Source of the DNA: Candidatus Micrarchaeia archaeon
GTDB taxonomy: Archaea > Micrarchaeota > Micrarchaeia > CAILAH01
NCBI GenBank assembly: GCA_049970015.1
Contig: JBMFNT010000010.1
Span: 1-25,400 of the forward strand
Length of the DNA: 25,400 nucleotides
Direction of reading: 5' to 3'
Program-made: the position numbers and the translations under genes
Notes under the pieces: generated by a model
Seen by the model: only the letters and a program-made list of their open reading frames with translations
Database searches by the model: none
What the model was told of the DNA's origin: nothing
Part shown: positions 18,346 through 25,400 of the stretch, piece after piece
Position numbering within the stretch: the stretch's first letter is position 1
Layout of the letters: each line of letters begins with the position of its first letter

Positions 18346-18714
18346 ATGGCAAAATCGTATGTTAAGTTCAATGTCGGTGATGACATATCTAAAAAGACGT
18401 ATGAGCTTGTGAAGCTTGCAAGCAGCACTGGTAAGGTGAGAAAAGGTACAAACGAGGCCACAAAATCGATAGAGAGAGGGTTGGCCAAGATTGTAGTAAT
18501 TGCAGAAGATGTTGAGCCTGAAGAGATTGTTATGCATATCCCAGAGATATGTAAGGAAAAAGGAATTCCTTTCACTTATGTGCCAAGCAAGAAAGAGCTC
18601 GGCAATTCAGCAGGGATGAATGTACAAAGTGCAGCAGTTGCAGTTGAGGATGCAGGCAATGGTAATGATCTCATGAAAGATATAATCAACAACCTGCCCA
18701 AGGTTAAGGAGTAA
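18346..18714 (+). CDS. rpl7ae: 50S ribosomal protein L7Ae
   Basis: GKVRKGTNEATKSIERG, IAEDVEPEEIVMH and LG.SAG motifs. ATG 18346 fits the SD spacing (alternative 18340). Confidence 0.98.
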   Translation: MAKSYVKFNVGDDISKKTYELVKLASSTGKVRKGTNEATKSIERGLAKIVVIAEDVEPEEIVMHIPEICKEKGIPFTYVPSKKELGNSAGMNVQSAAVAVEDAGNGNDLMKDIINNLPKVKE

Positions 18715-18725
18715 AGGTGTGAAGT

Positions 18726-18932
18726 ATGGCAGAGCCTGTGCATGCAGAGGTTGTGGAAGTCATAGGGAAGACAGGTGTATACGGTGAGATCTACCAGGTA
18801 ATGTGTAGAATACTTGAGGGCAAGGACCAGAACAGGGTTATAAGGAGGAATGTTAAAGGGCCTGTAAAGAAAGGTGATCTACTCATACTTCTTGAATCTG
18901 AAAGAGAGGCAAAAGAAATAAAGGCTAAGTAA
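18726..18932 (+). CDS. rps28e: 30S ribosomal protein S28e
   Basis: [20 protein letters not shown] and LLESEREA motifs. Confidence 0.98.
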   Translation: MAEPVHAEVVEVIGKTGVYGEIYQVMCRILEGKDQNRVIRRNVKGPVKKGDLLILLESEREAKEIKAK

Positions 18933-19123
18933 TGGGAAGGTGTTTAAAAGTGAGATGTGCATTTTGCAATTATGAGATGGAAAGGGGTACTGGAATGCTT
19001 TATGTGAGAAAGGATGGGAAAGTGCTCCCCTTCTGCTCGCGCAAGTGTAGGGTTAATATGCTCGTTCTCAACAGAAAACAGAGAAAGGTTAAATGGATTA
19101 GGAAAGGAAGTAAGAAAAAGTGA
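18932..19123 (+). CDS. rpl24e: 50S ribosomal protein L24e
   Basis: CAFC...GTG.LYV..DG....FCSRKC...R....KW. The start may be GTG 18950. Confidence 0.96.
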   Translation: MGRCLKVRCAFCNYEMERGTGMLYVRKDGKVLPFCSRKCRVNMLVLNRKQRKVKWIRKGSKKK

Positions 19124-19128
19124 TTGTA

Positions 19129-19596
19129 ATGGCTATTGAAAGGACCTTGATTATACTTAAACCTGATGCAATCAATAGGGGGTTGTGTGGCAGTATAATT
19201 GCACGGTTTGAGAGAAAAGGGTTTAAGATTGTAGGGCTTAAGATGGCCCGGCTTACAAAAGAGGTTTTAGAGAGGCATTATGCACACCTTAAAAACAAGC
19301 CTTTCTTTCCAGACCTCGTGGAGTTTATGAGTAGTTCACCTGTAATACTTGGTGTGGTTGAGGGTAGGAACGCTGTTGAGGTTGTAAGAAACATGTGCGG
19401 TGTAACTGATGCAAACAAGGCCGCACCTGGAACTATACGGGGGGATTTTGCAATCAGTACAAGCAGAAATGTTATACATGCATCAGATTCAATTGAAACC
19501 GCAAAGAAAGAGATTGAAATGTTCTTCAAGAAAGATGAATTGTTTGATTACCAGATTAATAATCTAAAATTCTTGTATGCAAATGATGAAAATTAA
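19129..19596 (+). CDS. ndk: Nucleoside diphosphate kinase
   Basis: ERTLIILKPDA, HY.HL..KPFF, PGTIRGDF and NVIHASDS (catalytic His) motifs. Confidence 0.98.
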   Translation: MAIERTLIILKPDAINRGLCGSIIARFERKGFKIVGLKMARLTKEVLERHYAHLKNKPFFPDLVEFMSSSPVILGVVEGRNAVEVVRNMCGVTDANKAAPGTIRGDFAISTSRNVIHASDSIETAKKEIEMFFKKDELFDYQINNLKFLYANDEN

Positions 19597-19647
19597 TAAT
19601 AGACATTAAAGCGTTATTTTAATATTTTATTGGCCTAACACATTACT

Positions 19648-20157
19648 ATGGAAGTGGAGAGTAATGCTACGGCCAGTACATCTAATACATCAGAAATCAA
19701 AAGAAGAGTTGAGGCAGTGCTGTTCATGAGTACTGAACCCGTGCACATGAAAACGCTGGCCAAGGTTGTTGGGATGGGCAGCTATCAGGATATAAAAACG
19801 TGTGCTGAAGACCTAAAAAATGAGTACAATGCTAGAGGCAGTTCAATAGAGATTGTATCTGAGAATGATTCGTATTTTATGAGATTGCGTGATGAATACT
19901 TAAGCACGGTCGCACACATAAACAAGCATGTTGAGCTGAGTAAAGGTGAGCTGAAAACACTTGCGTACATAGCAAAGAAAGAGGGGAGTACTGGAGTGCT
20001 ACAGTCAACAGTTGTTAGAGTATTGGGCCAGAATGCATACCAGCATATACAAAAGCTCGTGGAAATGAGGTTTGTAAATACACGCCCAAGCAAACGAAGT
20101 AAACTGCTATCGACAACCCAAAAGTTCAGGGAGTATTTCAGGGTTGAAAACATATGA
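19648..20157 (+). CDS. scpB: Segregation/condensation protein B (kite)
   Basis: VEAVLFMS.EP, LS..ELKTLAYIA, QS.VV...G..AY.HI..L and TT.KF.EYF motifs. Confidence 0.92.
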   Translation: MEVESNATASTSNTSEIKRRVEAVLFMSTEPVHMKTLAKVVGMGSYQDIKTCAEDLKNEYNARGSSIEIVSENDSYFMRLRDEYLSTVAHINKHVELSKGELKTLAYIAKKEGSTGVLQSTVVRVLGQNAYQHIQKLVEMRFVNTRPSKRSKLLSTTQKFREYFRVENI

Positions 20158-21323
20158 AAATAATATCAAGAAAAGAGCTTGGGCCATACCTGACTTTTCA
20201 ACCTGATAAGAAAAGACCAATATTTAATTGGTTCTATTACAAGGAAGCATTTTCAAGCAGGTTTGTTAGCACGATATTGAGAGAGTTTGATGTGAATGGC
20301 CCTGTGCTTGATCCATTTGTGGGGGTTGGCACTGTACCGCTCGAGTGTAAGTATGAGGGGATTATCAGTATAGGAAGGGATATGAGCCCTCTGGCAGTGC
20401 TTGCATCAAAGGTTAAGTGCAGAAATTATGATAGGGAATTTGCAAGAGGTGTATTAAGCATTGCAGAAAGTATATGTAGCACCGAAAAAGTGGAGAGTAA
20501 AATGGTGCCATGGAGGTTTGAGCTATTCCCACCTGAGCGCATATTTCCGAGAAGAAATTATGAGTTCATGGCAAAAGCACGCGAACATATCAAATCAGTT
20601 AAGGATGAGAAGATGAGAGAGTTTCTTATGCTTGCGCTTGTGTCAATCATTCCGCAATCAAGTTATGTGCTCAAGGATGGCGGTGTTCTCAAGGTAATGA
20701 AAGATAAGCATGCCGGTGATGCGAGAAAGCTGTTTATGAAGAAAATAAAACGAATGGTAAGGGATGTTGAGCAGTACGGTGTGGAGCATGATGAGCCTGA
20801 TATTATGATCGGTAGTGCAACAAGCCTTGACATTGCAGATGGAACGATTGATTGCATAATCACATCACCACCATACTTGAATAATGTAGATTATACAAAA
20901 GTGTATGGGATTGAGTTGGGCATTGCATTTCCAGATATCGACATAAAAACACTGAGAATGAACATGTTAAGGTCTTTTCTGAAAAGGGATTCAAGTATCA
21001 GGATAGAGGATGATTATGTTTATGGAATACTCCTGAAACATATCGGCCATAACCCGCCACTGCTTGCATACGCGTACTTTACAGATATGATAAAAGTACT
21101 GAGCGAGTGCAAACGTGTTTTAAGGAAGGGTGGTGTGTGCGCGTTTGTGGTAGGAAATGCTGTGGTTGAGCGCGCAAACATAGAATGCGATAAGATAATT
21201 GCAGAAATGTGGGGGGATATGGGGATGGAGGCCGAGGTTTGGGTGGGAAGCGTAAGGATTGCTGATGTAAATGTTATTGGAAAACAAAGGGTTAGGGAAA
21301 GTTGTATTATATTGAGGAAATAG
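20154..21323 (+). CDS. Amino-DNA methyltransferase, alpha-class motif order, probably N4-cytosine; no cognate endonuclease seen
   Basis: WF.YKE.FS, motif I VLDPFVGVGT ahead of catalytic ITSPPY, then RVL..GG...FVVGN and RE....LRK. Confidence 0.88.
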   Translation: MKIISRKELGPYLTFQPDKKRPIFNWFYYKEAFSSRFVSTILREFDVNGPVLDPFVGVGTVPLECKYEGIISIGRDMSPLAVLASKVKCRNYDREFARGVLSIAESICSTEKVESKMVPWRFELFPPERIFPRRNYEFMAKAREHIKSVKDEKMREFLMLALVSIIPQSSYVLKDGGVLKVMKDKHAGDARKLFMKKIKRMVRDVEQYGVEHDEPDIMIGSATSLDIADGTIDCIITSPPYLNNVDYTKVYGIELGIAFPDIDIKTLRMNMLRSFLKRDSSIRIEDDYVYGILLKHIGHNPPLLAYAYFTDMIKVLSECKRVLRKGGVCAFVVGNAVVERANIECDKIIAEMWGDMGMEAEVWVGSVRIADVNVIGKQRVRESCIILRK

Positions 21324-21324
21324 G

Positions 21325-21702
21325 TTATAGGGGTTTTACTTTCTTGAATTTGGTTTCCTTGAGCTCAATCTTCTGGTTTATTATGTGAAGACTGTCAATA
21401 ACATTTTTTTTCTCATGAACAACAACATCCTGGATGAATGAGTCATACAGTTTTATGAGAGAGTTGAGAAGGCCGCGTTCAATCTCACGTACTTCACCGT
21501 AGTCCTCTTTCCACACCACGTTGTACACCCTATTACCCTTCAGCCTCAGGAGCAGGTCACCTTCAGTCCCATCGCTGCTTACAATGCCTCTGTATACTAT
21601 AGTCGTATCATCAATCTCCCTCTTTATCTCGGGTGGTGCTGTTGCTAGTATGGAGTACATTGCCATTATCCGTTTTGTACCCAGCAATGTTGAGAGGAAC
21701 AT
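21325..21702 (-). CDS. Hypothetical protein
   Basis: 125-aa ORF filling the gap, with an AT-rich TATA-like sequence upstream. No recognisable motif. Confidence 0.7.
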   Translation of the reverse strand: MFLSTLLGTKRIMAMYSILATAPPEIKREIDDTTIVYRGIVSSDGTEGDLLLRLKGNRVYNVVWKEDYGEVREIERGLLNSLIKLYDSFIQDVVVHEKKNVIDSLHIINQKIELKETKFKKVKPL

Positions 21703-21745
21703 AGTATGTAAATGGATACGTAATATTAAAAATGTGTGGATGAAA

Positions 21746-23110
21746 CTAAAAAAGCCATGGGAGAAGGTTGGTAATCAGAGATGCAGTTGTGATGAGCGAG
21801 ATTAAGTTAACAATATGTGAGAATCTCCTACCGAGGCCTTCCTCAAGCAACCTGTGGCCATCAAACAGTGGGATTGGTAGAAGATTAACAGAACCTACAA
21901 AGAAGTTTAGTGAAAACATGAGCGCAAGCAGGTTTTTTAGGAATATGTACCAGTTGTATGAAGGGTCTATGTTTTGCGTTAGAAGTATACCTATCTTACC
22001 ATCTGCATCTGTTTGCACATCAAACCCGCCACGGTGTGTTACTATGTGGAGCGTGGTGTTTGGTGGGATGGACTTGCGGTATTCAATAAATTCATCAAGC
22101 ATTGAGAAATTTGTACCGTTTATGCTATATATCACATCACCTTTTTGTATTGGCAGGCCTTCCCTTGCAGCAGTTACATAAAGCCCATCAGTATAAATGT
22201 CCAATGGGAGGGATATGAGTATTATCAAAAGAACGAATGATACAAAGGATACGAAGTAGTTTGCGGTTGAGCCCGCAACCAATACCCTGCCCTGTTCATA
22301 ATATGCCTTCTTCTTTAACACTTCCTCATCAGGGTCAACGAATGCTCCGACAGGTATGAAACCGAAAAGGAGCATGCCTGCAGATTTCAAGCGTACACGT
22401 GCAACGCGTGCAAGTATTGCATGAGACATCTCATGTACAAATAAGAGTATGAGAAGTGCAATCACACCCTCAAAAAACGGAAGGTTTATGCCGGGCAGCA
22501 GTAGGGATGCACCTGGCTGTACATCATGCTGTGCCTGAAAGAATATGTTCGAGAATAGAGAGATTAGTATAGATGCTGCTTGGTAGATAAGGCTTATCGT
22601 AGTGATGAATGCAAACCCAAAGAGTACGAGACTGCCTACTATCAGTAGCATTACTAGGTCTAAACCTTCCGAAGGAATGCCTGGTCTTGTAGGTATTCCC
22701 TCGTATGGGAATGAGATTACTGAGAGTGCAATAGGGTAGAGGTTTGGGAGCACAAATATTGCACTAAAAAATAGTACTATAATACCAGTTATGAGCGATC
22801 TTCTGGAAACGTGCTTGTATATGAATATGGATAAGAGCCCATAAGCCAGTACAATGCCCGTATCTGCAAAATATTTCCAGAACTTGGAATACTTTGCGAT
22901 GTCATCTATCTTGTGCAGCCCTTCCCTTGTCCGCAGCATTATCATGCCGTAATAATGCTCAAGCCCATACTTATTGTGCAGGTAATATCCATACAATCCC
23001 AAAAGCAAAACTTCAGCAATGAATTTGTGAAAGTCTGCCAATGGAAGTGAGAGGATTACAAGGAATATTATGAATACAACAATGAATTCTAGCATCCAGG
23101 CATATCTCAT
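21746..23110 (-). CDS. Site-2 (M50) intramembrane metalloprotease with PDZ-like domain
   Basis: HEMSH, GAFVDPDEE, AGSTAN and NLLPIPLFDG motifs, multiple TMs and a GDVIYSING PDZ motif. ATG 23110 preferred over TTG 23119. Confidence 0.95.
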   Translation of the reverse strand: MRYAWMLEFIVVFIIFLVILSLPLADFHKFIAEVLLLGLYGYYLHNKYGLEHYYGMIMLRTREGLHKIDDIAKYSKFWKYFADTGIVLAYGLLSIFIYKHVSRRSLITGIIVLFFSAIFVLPNLYPIALSVISFPYEGIPTRPGIPSEGLDLVMLLIVGSLVLFGFAFITTISLIYQAASILISLFSNIFFQAQHDVQPGASLLLPGINLPFFEGVIALLILLFVHEMSHAILARVARVRLKSAGMLLFGFIPVGAFVDPDEEVLKKKAYYEQGRVLVAGSTANYFVSFVSFVLLIILISLPLDIYTDGLYVTAAREGLPIQKGDVIYSINGTNFSMLDEFIEYRKSIPPNTTLHIVTHRGGFDVQTDADGKIGILLTQNIDPSYNWYIFLKNLLALMFSLNFFVGSVNLLPIPLFDGHRLLEEGLGRRFSHIVNLISLITTASLITNLLPWLF

Positions 23111-23165
23111 GGCAAACAATAGCTTGCTAAAATTATAAATATGATTGTGTAATTACAGGTTAGTG

Positions 23166-23537
23166 ATGGGTATGGATTACTGTGAGGTTTGCGGTCTTAA
23201 GCCTGCTGTAAAACGGGCTATTATTGAAGGTGTGGTTCTTAATGTATGCAGTGATTGTGTAGGCCTTGGGAAGGTTATTGAGGAAAAGGTTAAACTGCCG
23301 AAGAAAACTGCTGGTGGAAGGCCTCCCAGAAATGAGGAGATTGTTGATGGTTATGCACAAATACTTCAAAAAAGGATAAGTAGTTCTGGAATAAAGTATG
23401 AGGAGCTTGCAAAGAAAATAAATGAGAGCGAATCATACCTGAGAAGAGTGGTGAGGGGTGAGACAATACCAACAATCACACTTGCAAGAAAGCTCGAGAA
23501 AACGCTTGGAGTAAAGATTGTTGAAGAGGAAGAATGA
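23166..23537 (+). CDS. Archaeal multiprotein bridging factor aMBF1
   Basis: CEVCG...IEG..L.VC..C Zn ribbon plus a Cro-type HTH (ELAKKINESESYL..V..GE..P...LARKLEK.LGV). ATG 23166 or 23172. Confidence 0.92.
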   Translation: MGMDYCEVCGLKPAVKRAIIEGVVLNVCSDCVGLGKVIEEKVKLPKKTAGGRPPRNEEIVDGYAQILQKRISSSGIKYEELAKKINESESYLRRVVRGETIPTITLARKLEKTLGVKIVEEEE

Positions 23538-23591
23538 TGTATGGGTTGGATGAGTGGGAGTGTAAAATGATGGGGATGGGATAAGGGGTTA

Positions 23592-23609
23592 ATGTAACTA
23601 TAGTTACAT
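23592..23609. promoter_or_regulatory. Perfect 18-bp palindrome (candidate operator) upstream of fen
   Basis: ATGTAACTATAGTTACAT is its own reverse complement and lies 22-39 nt before the FEN1 ATG. Confidence 0.55.
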
Positions 23610-23630
23610 AAGATTTGCAAGGATGATAAA

Positions 23631-24656
23631 ATGGGGGTAGAACTCGGAGACATTGTTATAAAAAAAGAGATTGAGTTCAGCGAATTAAACGGAAAAACTG
23701 TGGGTGTGGATGCGTTCAATACACTTTACCAGTTTCTATCAATAATACGACAAAAGGATGGCACACCGCTCATGGACTCAAAAGGTAATATAACAAGCCA
23801 CCTGTCAGGGCTATTCTACAGAAACATAAGGCTTATGGATGAAGGGATACGGCTTGTGTATGTGTTTGATGGCAAACCACCTTCCTGGAAAGAACAGACT
23901 GTAAGTGAGCGTGCCGAAACAAAACGGAATGCAATGGAAAAATGGGCCAAAGCACTCAAGGAAGGAAGGCTTGATGAGGCAAGGAAATATGCCCAGGCAA
24001 CTGGTAAGGTTACACCGGAGATTGTTGAAGAATCTAAAGAATTACTGAATGCGATGGGTATCCCATGCATACAGGCAATAAGTGAGGGTGAGGCTGAGGT
24101 GGCATACCTCGTATCAAAGGGCAGGCTTGATTATGCAGCATCACAGGATTATGATTCATTATTGTTTGGGGCACCTGTACTCCTTAGAAACCTTACAGTA
24201 AGCGGAAGAAGAAAACTGCCTGGAAGGGACAGGTATGTTGAAGTACATCCTGAAGTAATAATGCTTAAGGATACTCTGGATATGCTCGGGATTGATAGGA
24301 GAAAACTTATATGGATAGGCCTACTTACTGGCACGGATTTTAATGAAGGTGTGAAAGGAATAGGGCCTAAAAAAGGGCTTAAGCTCGTTAAGGAATGCAC
24401 TACACTAAAAGAAGTGCACGAGAAATCCATGGCACCTGAGGATTATGAGCTCTGGAAAAGTATAGAGGAATTCTTCCTTAACCCTGAGGTTAGTGATGCG
24501 AACATTGTGTTCGGAAAGATGGATAAAGAAAAAGTGATGGACATACTATGCAAAAGACATGATTTTTCAGAAGAGAGAATCTCAACCACAATCGATGAGT
24601 ACATAAAGAAAACTGCTGAGACCTCTGGCCAGGAAAAACTTGGAAGATGGTTTTAA
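23631..24656 (+). CDS. fen: Flap endonuclease 1
   Basis: MGV, DAFNTLYQFLSIIRQ.DG.PL, VFDG.PP, SEGEA, SQDYDSLLFG and GTDFN.G motifs. C-terminal PIP box QEKLGRWF. Confidence 0.99.
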   Translation: MGVELGDIVIKKEIEFSELNGKTVGVDAFNTLYQFLSIIRQKDGTPLMDSKGNITSHLSGLFYRNIRLMDEGIRLVYVFDGKPPSWKEQTVSERAETKRNAMEKWAKALKEGRLDEARKYAQATGKVTPEIVEESKELLNAMGIPCIQAISEGEAEVAYLVSKGRLDYAASQDYDSLLFGAPVLLRNLTVSGRRKLPGRDRYVEVHPEVIMLKDTLDMLGIDRRKLIWIGLLTGTDFNEGVKGIGPKKGLKLVKECTTLKEVHEKSMAPEDYELWKSIEEFFLNPEVSDANIVFGKMDKEKVMDILCKRHDFSEERISTTIDEYIKKTAETSGQEKLGRWF

Positions 24657-24665
24657 TCATTATTT

Positions 24666-24779
24666 TTTACATCAGGCTGCCCGTCTGTCATCATTGCGCA
24701 CCTTCCACGTACAGGGCCGACACCCAATACGCTTACGAAAGGATTGCTCTGGGATCACCTCATTATCATCATATGCAAA
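24666..24779 (-). ncRNA. Box C/D sRNA with an extended D'-C' hairpin
   Basis: On the minus strand: C box ATGATGA (24772-24766), 14-nt guide, D' CAGA (24751-24748), 53-nt hairpin, C' ATGATGA (24694-24688), 12-nt guide, D CTGA (24675-24672). Terminal stem TTTGCA/TGTAAA. TATA-like TTTTTAAA at 24806-24799. Confidence 0.85.
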
Positions 24780-24831
24780 TAGATTATACACTCCTCGCTT
24801 TAAAAACATTTTTTGCATATTTTACTCTTGT

Positions 24832-25362
24832 ATGAGATGTTTTATTTCCGCGGAAGTATGTGGGGAAACCAGGAAGAAAATCTATGAATTTGCAAAAAGG
24901 CTTGACAGGGAAAAGTTCAAGATTGTTGATGAGAAAAACATTCATATAACAATAAAGTTCCTTGGGGATATTGGAGATGATGAGATTGCCATGTGCAGGA
25001 AAGCAATCGATGAGTGCACAAGTAGATGTAATAACATAAAGGTAAAGATGTCTGGAGGAGGCGCATTCCCATCACTGGATAGGGCACGTGTAATATTTGT
25101 GAATGTATTTTCAAAAGAGCTTGAAATGGTTGCAAACTGCATACATAACAAAACGAAAGGAATAGGTGATGAAAAGCCTTATGTTGGACATATTACGATT
25201 GCAAGGGTAAGAAATGGAAGTGTGGGTGCATATAAGATTGTTGAAGAACTCAAGAGCCTTAATATTGATGAATACATTGAGAAAATTGCACTCATTAAAA
25301 GTACACTTACTCCTAATGGCCCAGTATATGAAGAAATGTATGCAAAGGTTATGAAATCTTAA
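24832..25362 (+). CDS. thpR: RNA 2',3'-cyclic phosphodiesterase (2H family, archaeal 2'-5' RNA ligase-like)
   Basis: MRCFIS start, HITIKFLGD and HITIAR (two HxT motifs), GAFP...ARV and STLTPNGPVYE. The ORF-track extension to 24640 runs across the sRNA and is probably spurious. Confidence 0.95.
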   Translation: MRCFISAEVCGETRKKIYEFAKRLDREKFKIVDEKNIHITIKFLGDIGDDEIAMCRKAIDECTSRCNNIKVKMSGGGAFPSLDRARVIFVNVFSKELEMVANCIHNKTKGIGDEKPYVGHITIARVRNGSVGAYKIVEELKSLNIDEYIEKIALIKSTLTPNGPVYEEMYAKVMKS

Positions 25363-25400
25363 TCAAAACATGAATGCATTCTCTCCTAATGGCCAAATCT

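Noticed and set aside
23534..23590. Second C/D sRNA, G-quadruplex or 16-aa ORF after aMBF1
   Set aside because: Only degenerate C-like boxes (ATGATGT, ATGATGG) and no CTGA D box. The G-runs have long loops. No support for the short ORF.
24640..24831. 64-aa N-terminal extension of ThpR and the 24647-24835 ORF
   Set aside because: They overlap the end of fen and the antisense C/D sRNA. The family-typical start MRCFIS is at 24832, with a TATA-like box about 26 nt upstream.
598..25151. Numerous antisense and nested ORFs in the six-frame track
   Set aside because: They are shadows of well-supported genes on the other strand or frame and show no motifs.
25311..25400. 11-bp direct repeat TCCTAATGGCC and a possible 3' end of a convergent gene
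   Set aside because: Short enough to be chance, and too little sequence to support a gene call.

Overview
A compact archaeal housekeeping region. A DPANN/Micrarchaeota-like host is my inference from gene content, the tight packing and the divergent RuBisCO. It encodes CysRS, PheRS alpha and beta, AspRS and AsnRS, a form III-type RuBisCO, a PAC2 proteasome chaperone, ScpA, ScpB, RPA, a CBS protein, a DUF359 dephospho-CoA kinase, the L7Ae-S28e-L24e-ndk cluster, an orphan N4-cytosine DNA methyltransferase, a site-2 protease, aMBF1, FEN1 and a 2H phosphodiesterase. The non-coding layer, which the ORF track misses, is the most interesting part. (1) A tRNA-Leu(TAG) has a 49-nt non-canonical D-loop intron, and its 5' end overlaps the RuBisCO stop codon. 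(2) A ~114-nt box C/D sRNA has a 53-nt hairpin insert, and its two guides match the 16S 3' end/anti-SD region and, probably, the 23S A-loop. (3) A K-loop covers the L7Ae Shine-Dalgarno. (4) A perfect 18-bp palindrome lies over the FEN1 promoter. (5) Five divergent gene pairs have starts 52-56 nt apart around one central TATA-like box. (6) An 81-bp tandem repeat sits at the left edge. I found no CRISPR array, transposase or integrase.
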